64,000 nt of DNA from Vicinamibacterales bacterium (GTDB lineage: Bacteria; Acidobacteriota; Vicinamibacteria; Vicinamibacterales; JAMQPK01), in assembly GCA_963802345.1 (NCBI GenBank), contig CAWDIK010000014.1, positions 52,902 through 116,901 on the forward strand, in the 5' to 3' direction. The position numbers and the translations under genes are program-made. The notes under the pieces were generated by a model that ran no database searches, was not told where the DNA came from, and saw only the letters and a list, made by a program, of their open reading frames with translations. This document shows, in pieces, positions 42,652 through 51,880 of the stretch. Every line of letters begins with the position of its first letter. Within the stretch, counting starts at the first letter, position 1.

Positions 42652-43562
42652 ATCCCATCCTTGCAGTTGGTTCTGTCGCGTTCGACTCGATCAAAACGCC
42701 GTTCGGCGAAGCGAATCGGGTTGTCGGCGGCGCCGCCACCTACTTCGCGATTGCCGCGTCGTTCTTCACAGAGGTCCGTATCGTGGCCGTGGTCGGCGAC
42801 GACTTCGGCGGCAACGTCGAAAAGGTCTTCGGCGGCCGGCGGATCGATCTGACGGGCCTCGAACGGGTGCCGGGCGAAACGTTTCGCTGGAAAGGGGAGT
42901 ACGGGTTCGACCTGAACAGCCGCGAGACGGTTTACACGCACCTGAACGTGTTCGAGAAATTCACGCCGAAAATTCCGGCGGCCCACATCACGTCGCCATT
43001 CGTCTTTCTGGGAAACATCCATCCGACACTGCAGATCGATGTGTTGAACCAGGTGCAGAAGCCGACACTGGTCGGGGCGGACACGATGAACTACTGGATC
43101 GAACGCACGCCCGACGAGCTGAAGCAGGTGCTGAAACGGGTCGACGTGCTTCTGATCAACGATTCGGAAGCCCGCGAGCTGGCGGGAGAAGCGAACCTGG
43201 TCAAGGCAGCCCGCAAGGTGCAGGCGATGGGTCCGAAGACGCTCGTGATCAAGCGCGGCGAGCATGGCGTGTTGATGACGCGCTCAGGCGGCGGCTTCTT
43301 CGCGGCACCCGCGATGCCGCTCGAGGAGGTCTTCGACCCGACAGGGGCGGGCGATACATTTGCGGGAGGGTTTCTCGGGTATCTCGCCTCGTGCGAAGGC
43401 GTAGACGACGGCGCGCTGGCCCGGGCCATCATCTACGGGAGCACGCTTGCGTCATTTGCCGTCGAGGATTTCAGCGTCGATCGGCTGCTGCGGCTGAAGC
43501 GCGACGAGGTCGCCGCGCGCTTCAACGAGTTCAAGAAGCTGACGCACTTCGACGTCGTGTAA
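42648..43562 (+). CDS. PfkB-family carbohydrate/nucleoside kinase
   Basis: [13 protein letters not shown]. The ATG overlaps the mtnP TGA (ATGA). Confidence 0.8.
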   Translation: MNPILAVGSVAFDSIKTPFGEANRVVGGAATYFAIAASFFTEVRIVAVVGDDFGGNVEKVFGGRRIDLTGLERVPGETFRWKGEYGFDLNSRETVYTHLNVFEKFTPKIPAAHITSPFVFLGNIHPTLQIDVLNQVQKPTLVGADTMNYWIERTPDELKQVLKRVDVLLINDSEARELAGEANLVKAARKVQAMGPKTLVIKRGEHGVLMTRSGGGFFAAPAMPLEEVFDPTGAGDTFAGGFLGYLASCEGVDDGALARAIIYGSTLASFAVEDFSVDRLLRLKRDEVAARFNEFKKLTHFDVV

Positions 43563-43687
43563 TACTGACGCAGCCGGGTGCAGCTAATCGACGCAGACGC
43601 CATGTCGCGATAGTGATTCTCGAAGAAAGGCTTCGGCATGCTATCAACGTCATTGCCGCTGAGGCGATCCAATCCCTAATCCCGGCT

Positions 43688-44194
43688 TTATTCAAGGAAC
43701 AACGGCTCTCCTCGCTCCTCGGTAACCGGCGCCAGGCGCTGATCGCGCATGATCAGCCTCGCGCAGGTGTTCCACCGAAGCAGCGCGTCATCGTTTCCGG
43801 CCGGCCGCATGGCTTCGGCGCGCTCGTACCATGTCATGGCTTCACGCAGGGAGCCATATACCTGCGGGCCCAGTCCCAGCCCACCTCGATGGAGCTGCGC
43901 CTTGGCGCGCCGCTCCCACACAATCCCCGAATAGTATGCGTGTTCGTACGGGTCGCTCATCCGATTGACCACGTGGAGCGCCTCAGTTACGGCGCCGGGG
44001 AGGTCTTCTTCAAACTGTTCCGTCAGTGCCAGCAGCAGATTCACGAGCGCGTCGTGATTGTCCGGTTCGATGGCGAGCGCATCGAGACAGATGCTCTCGG
44101 CCTCGGCTGGCTCGTTGAGCAGCCGATATCGCTCGGCCTTTCCGACGGCACGCGCCACCGCCTCCGGCGAGAGGGTCTTGAGCGTGAATTCCAT
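43688..44194 (-). CDS. Small helical-repeat (TPR-like) protein, 168 aa, last gene of the sdh cluster
   Basis: Intact ORF with a GGGAGG RBS 6 nt upstream of the ATG. GC3 is higher than in the antisense frame. Confidence 0.7.
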   Translation of the reverse strand: MEFTLKTLSPEAVARAVGKAERYRLLNEPAEAESICLDALAIEPDNHDALVNLLLALTEQFEEDLPGAVTEALHVVNRMSDPYEHAYYSGIVWERRAKAQLHRGGLGLGPQVYGSLREAMTWYERAEAMRPAGNDDALLRWNTCARLIMRDQRLAPVTEERGEPLFLE

Positions 44195-44251
44195 GGCGAC
44201 CTCCCAGATGGTCCGGCTGAAGCCGGGTGAAGGTCCGGCTGAAGCCGGGCA

Positions 44252-44995
44252 CTACGTACGGAACATCCGCAGCAGCTTCGCAACAGGGTCGTACAGCCGA
44301 TCGATGACACGTTCTTTCAGGGGGATGATGGCGTTGTCTGTGATCGTAATGGACTCGGGACACACCTTCGTGCAGCACTTCGTGATGTTGCAATAGCCGA
44401 TGCCGTGTGCCTGTTTGAGCTCTTTCGCGCGGTCATGCGCGTCGAGCGGGTGCATCTCGAGAGCCGCAGCATAGACCAGATGGCGAGGGCCCACGAATTG
44501 ATCGAACATCTGGTGCTCGCGCAGCACGTGGCACACATCCTGGCAGAGAAAACACTCGATGCACTTCCGAAATTCCTGCACCCGCTCGACGTCGGCCTGG
44601 AACATGCGCCACGTTCCATCCGGCGCGTCCGGAGGACGCGGCGAGAACTTCTTGACGCTCAGCTTTGCGCGAAAATTCCACGATACATCGGTGACGAGGT
44701 CCCTGATAGCCGGAAAGGCCCGCATGGGCTCGATGGTGACCGGCTCGGCAAGGTCGAGCTGGTTCAGGCGCGTCATACACATCAGTCGCGGATGGCCGTT
44801 GACTTCGGCTGAGCACGATCCGCACTTGCCGGCTTTGCAGTTCCATCGCACGGCCAGATCGTTGGCCTGATTGGCTTGAATCTGATGGATCGCGTCGAGC
44901 ACGACCATGCCGTCCGACACGGGCGTCGAGTAGTCTTCAAAGTGCCCGCCCCGTCCGTCGCCGCGCCAGACCCGAAATGTTGCGGTGTTACCCAT
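44252..44995 (-). CDS. sdhB: Succinate dehydrogenase/fumarate reductase iron-sulfur subunit
   Basis: Intact 247 aa with the Cys clusters CKAGKCGSCS, CIECFLCQDVC and CNITKCCTKVCP. Confidence 0.9.
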   Translation of the reverse strand: MGNTATFRVWRGDGRGGHFEDYSTPVSDGMVVLDAIHQIQANQANDLAVRWNCKAGKCGSCSAEVNGHPRLMCMTRLNQLDLAEPVTIEPMRAFPAIRDLVTDVSWNFRAKLSVKKFSPRPPDAPDGTWRMFQADVERVQEFRKCIECFLCQDVCHVLREHQMFDQFVGPRHLVYAAALEMHPLDAHDRAKELKQAHGIGYCNITKCCTKVCPESITITDNAIIPLKERVIDRLYDPVAKLLRMFRT

Positions 44996-46813
44996 TATTT
45001 CATCGCCTCAATCACAGACCGCAGCTCCTGCGGCATCTCCGGAATCGGTGCGCGCGACAGCTCCATGCGGCCGTCTTTGCCTTTACGGACGACCAGGTTC
45101 ACTTTGCCAAAGGCGGGATCCTTGTCCGGGTAATCCTCCCGGAAGTGGCCGCCCCGGCTCTCTCGCCGTTCGATCGCGGAGCGCGTGACCGCTTCGGAGA
45201 CGAGCAGCAGGTTCGGGAGATCGATCGCCGCGTGCCAGCCGGGGTTGTATTCGCGGTGACCGCCGACCCCGACGCGGCGCGCCCGCTCGCGCAGTTTCTC
45301 GAGCCCGTCGAGCGCGGTCTGCATCTCCGCTTCCTTTCGGACAATGCCGACAAGGTCCTGCATCATGTCCTGCAGCGCGTATTGGACCTGATACGGCCCT
45401 TCCCCCTGGGAACCGCGATCGAAGGGTTCGAGCGCGGCGCGTGCGGCCTCTTCAACCTGTTGGTCGGGAATGGCGCCGGCTCCAGCGGATTGCGCGTACT
45501 TGGCGGCAAACTCTCCAGCGCGCTTGCCGAACACGAGGAGATCGGAGAGCGAGTTGCCTCCAAGCCGGTTGGCGCCGTTGATGCCCGCGGCGCACTCACC
45601 GGCGGCAAACAGCCCGGGCACGTTCGACATCTGCGTCTCGGCATCAACCCGCACGCCGCCCATGACGTAGTGGGTCGTCGGTCCCACTTCCATCGGTTCT
45701 GTCGTGATGTCGATGTCGGCGAGTTGCTTGAACTGGTGATACATGCTCGGCAGCTTCTTCCTGATGTGTTCGGCAGCATTCGGCATCCGCTGTTTGATCC
45801 ACGAGATGTCGAGGAAAACGCCGCCGTGCGGACTGCCGCGACCGGCCTTGATCTCGCGCACGATGCAGCGGCTCACGTGATCGCGCGTCAGCAGCTCCGG
45901 CGGCCGCCGGGCGGCCTTGTCGCCCTGGGTATATCGCCAGCCCTCGTCCTCGTCGCTGGCAGTCTGTGCGCGATACGCGTCGGGGATGTCATCGAACATG
46001 AAGCGGCGGCCCTGGCTGTTGGTGAGTATGCCGCCCTCACCGCGAACCCCTTCTGTGACGAGGATGCCACGCACGCTCGGCGGCCACACCATGCCCGTCG
46101 GGTGAAACTGCACGAACTCCATGTCGATCAAGCTCGGCGCCTGCCTCGTAGGCGAGGGTATGGCCGTCGCCCGTGTACTCCCAGCTGTTGCTCGTGATTT
46201 TGTACGCGCGGCCGATGCCACCGGTTGCGAGCACGACAGCCTTCGCGCGAAAGAGTTTGAACCGCCCGCGCTCGCGCTCGTACCCGAACGCGCCGACGAT
46301 GCGGCCGTTCTCTGTCAGCAATCTGGTGATGGTGCACTCCATGTGCACGTCGATGCCCATGATGAATCCCGTGATCTTGGAGCGTTCGGATCATCTCGAG
46401 CCCCGTGCGATCGCCGACGTGCGCGAGCCGTGGATACCGGTGGCCGCCGAAGTTGCGCTGGAGGATCCGTCCGTCCCGCGTGCGATCGAAGAGCGCTCCC
46501 CAGGCTTCCAGCTCGCGTACCCGGTCCGGGGCTTCCTTGGCGTGCAGTTCGGCCATGCGCCAGTTATTCACGGTACTGGCCGCCGCGCATGGTGTCGCTG
46601 AAATGGACTTGCCAGTTGTCGCGATCGTCGACGTTGCCCAGCGCCGCGGCGATGCCGCCCTCGGCCATGACGGTATGCGCTTTCCCTAAGCAGCGACTTG
46701 CACGCCAATCCAACCGATACTCCGGCCGCCGAGGCCTCGATGGCCGCCCTGAGTCCCGCTCCGCCTGCGCCGATGACCAGCACATCATGTTCGTGGGTCT
46801 GATACTCCGGCAT
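44995..46813 (-). CDS. sdhA: Succinate dehydrogenase/fumarate reductase flavoprotein subunit, about four frameshifts as assembled
   Basis: DVLVIGAGGAG, FVQFHPTG and RLGGNSL. The sequence continues across ORFs 46568.., 46564.., 46128.., 46037.. and 44995.., with indels near 46695, 46572, 46372 and 46129. Confidence 0.8.
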
Positions 46814-47625
46814 TAGAGAATCCTGAGATCCGACCACACGCCCATCGAGCACAGCCGGACGTAGAGATCTGAGAAGCCGACGCTGAACAGACTGGTCCAG
46901 GCCCAGAGCATGTGCCGGCGATTGAGGCAGCTGACGCAGTTGTAGGCAGGGAGCCCGAGCGGCGCGCGTGAGAGCTGATCGACGCAGCCTCCGGCGACAT
47001 GCCGCATCGAATGGCAGCCAAAGAGATACCCGCCGAGGAGCACCACGTTTGCGATGAGAACCAGGGTGCCGACGCCGATGCCGAAGGTGAGCTCTCCGGG
47101 CGCCGCGCTCGCGAACCACATCGCCTTCCATGCGTCGTAGGCCAGGATCATCAGCACGAACACCGAGATGAACAACATGTAGCGATGAACATTCTGGAGG
47201 ACGAGTGGGAAGCTGTTCTCGCCCCAATAGCTTCCGCGTGGTTCACCCACCGTGCAGGATGGCGGATCGCTCCAGAACGCTTTGTAGTACGCGCCGCGAT
47301 AGTAGTAGCACGTGAAGCGGAACAGGCCGGGAATCGGCAGGATCAGGAGCGCCGGCGAGAACGGCAACCATTCAGGCCAGCTCGGCGGCTTCGGGCCGAA
47401 CCAGCTATGAGGTGAGCTGCCGAAGAGCTCGGGAGAATAGAACGGGGAGAGATACGGACCGTAGGTGTAGTGATCCCCTTGAAAGGCAGCCCACGTCGCA
47501 TAGACGACGAACGTCGAGAGCCCCAGGAAGACGACGAGCGGCTGAATCCACCAGGCATCCCGGCGGGCCGTTTCGCCGAACCGACGCCGAACGACTACCA
47601 GAGGCACCGGGGACGCAGTCGACAC
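46813..47625 (-). CDS. sdhC: Sdh1-type membrane anchor / cytochrome b subunit
   Basis: Intact 270-aa polytopic membrane protein. The stops and starts are chained as TAATG with sdhA and sdhB. Confidence 0.7.
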   Translation of the reverse strand: MSTASPVPLVVVRRRFGETARRDAWWIQPLVVFLGLSTFVVYATWAAFQGDHYTYGPYLSPFYSPELFGSSPHSWFGPKPPSWPEWLPFSPALLILPIPGLFRFTCYYYRGAYYKAFWSDPPSCTVGEPRGSYWGENSFPLVLQNVHRYMLFISVFVLMILAYDAWKAMWFASAAPGELTFGIGVGTLVLIANVVLLGGYLFGCHSMRHVAGGCVDQLSRAPLGLPAYNCVSCLNRRHMLWAWTSLFSVGFSDLYVRLCSMGVWSDLRIL

Positions 47626-47845
47626 AGAGCATCCTCCTTGGAACCAACTGCTCGAGGATTCCGCCGCCGCCGCCGAGTGTGTGCCTATATTACTTAAACT
47701 CTTTGCCGTCTCCAGTGGCCGAAAGCGAACGTAAAACGCGGATCGTCACATTCTACAGAGATTTAAATATTTATAGGCTTCAACGGCGGACGAGATTTAT
47801 ACTACTCCCGCGAAACCAAAACAAATCCCTAATCCACACCCAGTA

Positions 47846-48351
47846 CTATACAAGGAAGAGAGGCTCTCCTCGCTCCTCGGTACCGGAAACAGGTGCTGAT
47901 CGCGAATGATCAGCCTCGCGCAAGTGTTACAACGAAGCAGCGAGTCATAGTTAACGGAGGGAAGAATAGCTTCGGAGAGCTAGTACTAAGTCATGGCTTC
48001 GCGCAGGGAGTAATATACCTGAGAGCAAAGAAACAGACAAAGAAGATGCAGATGCGCCTAGGCGAGACGCTCCCACACAATGCAAGAATAGTAAGCGTGT
48101 TCGTACGGGTAGATCATACGATTGACGACATGGAGCGCCTCAGTCACGGCGCCGGGGATGTCTTCTCGAACTGCTCGGTCAGTGCGAGCAGCAGAGTGAC
48201 AAGCGCCTCGTGATTGTCCGGTTCCATGGCGAGCGCATCGAGGCAGATGCTCTCGGCCTCGGCCGGCTCGTTGAGCAGCCGATATCGTTCGGCCTTTCGC
48301 GAGAGCACGCGACACCGCTTCCGGCGACAGGGTCTTGAGCGTGAATTCCAT
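47846..48351 (-). pseudogene. Copy 2 of the small TPR-like gene; the C-terminal half is A-substituted (plus strand) with in-frame stops
   Basis: The N-terminus MEFTLKTLSPEAV is conserved, followed by frameshifts. The reverse codons cta (TAG) appear in the region aligned to copy-1 codons. Confidence 0.8.
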
Positions 48352-48409
48352 GGAGACCTCCCAGTCAATGTACGGCTGAAGCTGGTACAGGCCCGGCTGA
48401 AGCCGGGCA

Positions 48410-49158
48410 CTACGTACGAAACATCCGCAGCAGCTTGGCAACCGGATCGTAGAGCCGATCGACCACGCGCTCCTTCAGCGGAATGATCGCGTTGTCGGTG
48501 ATCGTGATGCTCTCCGGGCACACCTTCGTGCAGCACTTCGTGATGTTGCAATAACCGATGCCATGTGCGCTGTTTGAGCTCCTTCGCGCGGTCGCCCGCG
48601 TCGAGCGGGTGCATCTCGAGCGCGGCCGCGTAGACGAGATACCGCGGGCCCGACGAACTGCTCGAACATCTGATGATCGCGCAGCACGTGGCACACGTCC
48701 TGGCACAGAAAGCACTCGATGCACTTGCGGAATTCCTGCACGCGCTCGACGTCTGCCTGGAACATGCGCCAGGTTCCATCCGGCGCATCCGGCAGGCCGC
48801 GGCGAGAACTTCTTGACGCTCAGCTTTGCGCGAAAATTCCACGATACATCGGTGACCAGGTCCCTGATCGCCGGAAAGGTCCGCATCGGCTCGATCGGTG
48901 ACCGGCTCGTCGAGGTCGAGCTCGTTCAGCCGCGTCATGCACATCAGCCGCGGATGGCCGTTCACTTCGGCCGAGCACGAGCCGCACTTGCCGGCCTTGC
49001 AGTTCCAGCGCACGGCCAGATCGTTGGCCTGAATGGCCTGAATCTGGTGCACCGCATCGAGCACGACCATGCCCTCCGACACGGGCGTCGTGTAGTCCTC
49101 GAACTGCCCGCCCCGTCGCGTCGCCGCGCTAGATCTGAAATGTTGCGTTGTCAGCCAT
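48410..49158 (-). pseudogene. sdhB copy 2, several 1-nt insertions
   Basis: Roughly 87% identical to copy 1 by hand count over the first 150 nt. The SdhB text is split between ORFs 48144.., 48410.. and 48475... Confidence 0.75.
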
Positions 49159-50978
49159 TATTTCATCGCCTCGATCACAGACCTTGAGCTCCTCCGGCAT
49201 CTCGGGAATCGGCGCGCGCGACAGCTCCATGCTGCCGTCTCGTCCTTTCCGGACGACGATGTTCACCTTGCCGAAGGCGGCATCCTTGTCCGGATAATCC
49301 TCGCGGAAGTGGCCGCCGCGGCTCTCGCGCCGTTCGATCGCGGAGCGCGTGACCGCTTCGGAGACGAGCAGCAGGTTCGGGAGATCGAGCGCCGCATGCC
49401 AGCCTGGGTTGTACTCGCGATGACCGCCGACGCCAACGCGGCGCGCCCGCTCGCGCAGTTTCTCGAGTCCGTCGAGCGCGCGTCTGCATCTCCGCTTCCT
49501 TTCGGACGATGCCGACCAGGTCCTGCATCATGTCCTGCAGCTCATATTGCACCTGATAGGGATCTTCGCCCTGCGCACCGCGCTCGAACGGCTCGAGCGC
49601 GGCGCGTGCGGCCTCTTCGACCTGTTGCGTCGTGAATGGCGCCGGCTCCAGCGGATTGCGCGTACTTGGCGGCAAACTCTCCAGCGCGCTTGCCGAACAC
49701 CAGGAGATCGGACAGCGAATTGCCGCCCAGCCGATTGGCGCCGTTGATGCCCGCCGCGCACTCACCGGCGGCAAACAGCCCGGGCACGCTCGACATCTGC
49801 GTCTCGGCATCAACCCGCACGCCGCCCATGATGTAGTGGGTCGTCGGCCCGACTTCCATCGGCTCTTTCGTGATGTCGATGTCGGCGAGCTGCTTGAACT
49901 GGTGATACATGCTCGGCAGCTTCTTCTTGATGTGTTCGGCAGCGTTCGGCATCCGCTGTTTGATCCACGAGATGTCGAGGAACACGCCGCCGTGCGGACT
50001 GCCGCGACCGGCCTTGATCTCGCGCACGATGCAGCGGCTCACGTGATCGCGCGTCAGGAGCTCCGGCGGCCGCCGCGCGGCCTTGTCGCCCTGGGTGTAT
50101 CGCCAGCCTTCGTCCTCGTCGCTGGCAGTCTGCGCGCGATACGCGTCGGGGATGTCGTCGAACATGAAGCGGCGGCCCTGGCTGTTCGTGAGGATGCCGC
50201 CTTCGCCGCGAACACCTTCGGTGACGAGGATGCCGCGCACGCTCGGCGGCCACACCATGCCGGTCGGATGAAACTGCACGAACTCCATATCGATCAGCTC
50301 GGCGCCTGCCTCGTACGCGAGGGTGTGGCCGTCGCCCGTGTACTCCCAGCTGTTGCTCGTGATCTTGTACGCGCGGCCGATGCCGCCGGTCGCGAGCACG
50401 ACCGCCTTCGCGCGAAACACTTTGAACCGCCCGCGCTCGCGCTCGTACCCGAACGCGCCGACGACGCGGCCGTCCGTCTGTCAGCAGTCTGGTGATCGGT
50501 GCACTCCATGTGCACGTCGATGCCCATGTGAATCCCGTGATCCTGGAGCGTTCGGATCATCTCGAGCCCGGTGCGATCGCCGACGTGCGCGAGCCGCGGA
50601 TACCGGTGGCCGCCGAAGTTGCGCTGCAGGATCCGTCCGTCCGGCGTGCGATCGAACAGCGCCCCCAGGCTTCCAGCTCGCGCACCCGGTCCGGGCGCTT
50701 CCTTGGCGTGCAGCTCGGCCATGCGCCAGTTGTTGACGTACTGGCCGCCGCGCATGGTGTCGCTGAAATGGACTTGCCAGTTGTCGCGATCGTCGACGTT
50801 GGCGAGCGCCGCGGCGATGCCGCCCTCGGCCATGACGGTGTGCGCTTTTCCCAGCAGCGACTTGCACACCAATCCGACCGACACTCCGGCCGCCGAGGCT
50901 TCGATGGCCGCCCTGCAGACCTGCTCCGCCCGCGCCGATGACCAGCACATCATGTTCGTGTGTCTGATACTCCGCCAT
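49158..50978 (-). pseudogene. sdhA copy 2, seven or more frameshifts
   Basis: The SdhA text is spread over ORFs 49175.., 49542.., 50294.. and 50481... Confidence 0.75.
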
Positions 50979-51792
50979 TAGAAAATTCTGAAATCCGACC
51001 ACACGCCCATCGAGCACAGCCGGACGTAGAGATCGGAGAAGCCGACGCTGAACAGACTGGTCCAGGCCCAGAGCATGTGCCGGCGATTGAGGCAGCTGAC
51101 GCAGTTGTAGGCGGAGAGCCCGAGCGGCGCGCGCGAGAGCTGATCGACGCAGCCTCCGGCGACATGCCGCATCGAATGGCAGCCGAAGAGATACCGCCGA
51201 GGAGCACCACGTTTGCGATGAGAACCAGCGTGCCGACGCCGATGCCGAAGGTGACGCTCGCCCGGTCGCCGCGCCGGCGAACCACATCGCCTTCCACGCG
51301 TCGTAGGCCAGGATCATCAGCACGAACACCGAGATGAACAACATGTAGCGATGAACATTCTGCAGGACGAGCGGGAAGCGAGTTCTCGCCCCAATAGCTT
51401 CCGCGTGGTTCACCGACCGTGCACGACGGCGGATCGCTCCAGAACGCTTTGTAGTACGCGCCGCGATAGTAGTAGCACGTGAAGCGGAACAGGCCGGGAA
51501 TCGGCAGGATCAGGAGCGCCGGCGAGAACGGCAACCATTCAGGCCAGCTCGGCGGCTTCGGGCCGAACCAGCTATGAGGTGAGCTGCCGAAGAGCTCGGG
51601 AGAATAGAACGGGGAGAGATACGGACCGTAGGTGTAGTGATCCCCTTGAAAGGCAGCCCACGTCGCATAGACGACGAACGTCGAGAGCCCGAGGAAGACG
51701 ACGAGCGGCTGAATCCACCAGGCATCCCGGCGGGCCGTTTCGCCGAACCGACGCCGAACGATGACCAGAGGCACCGGGGACGCAGTCGACAC
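50978..51792 (-). pseudogene. sdhC copy 2; the first ~130 codons are nearly identical to copy 1, then frameshifted
   Basis: ORF 50950..51792 matches copy 1 up to ...YWGENS, then diverges by frame. Confidence 0.75.
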
Positions 51793-51880
51793 AGAGCATC
51801 CTCCTTGGAACCAGACTGCTCGAGGATTCCGCCGCCGCCGAGTGTGCGCTATTGCGTGTGCAGGAGTGAAGCGCCCTACA

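Larger units (their letters stand above)
43670..47690. repeat. Tandem duplication, copy 1 (small gene-sdhB-sdhA-sdhC)
   Basis: Collinear with 47824-51857 at an offset of about 4154-4167 nt. Both copies begin at an aatccctaatcc heptamer repeat. Confidence 0.9.
47824..51857. repeat. Tandem duplication, copy 2 (degraded)
   Basis: Same gene order as copy 1. A remnant of the pfp stop region (ttac...aactctttgccgtc, 47690-47710) at the junction matches 51881-51907. Confidence 0.9.

Noticed and set aside
43391-44230. A plus-strand 279-aa ORF (and its copy-2 counterpart at 47893-48213) that would put the adenine-variable tract in the sense orientation expected for a DGR target.
   Set aside because: It starts inside the PfkB gene in another frame and has no RBS. 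It also has lower third-position GC than the minus-strand gene, which has a GGGAGG RBS and a natural-looking helical-repeat sequence. I treat it as a shadow ORF.
43563-47845. A transposon- or integrase-mediated origin of the sdh duplication.
   Set aside because: No transposase, integrase or recombinase ORF is present. I found no terminal inverted repeats or target-site duplications at 43670, 47824 or 51857. Only short heptamer repeats mark the borders.
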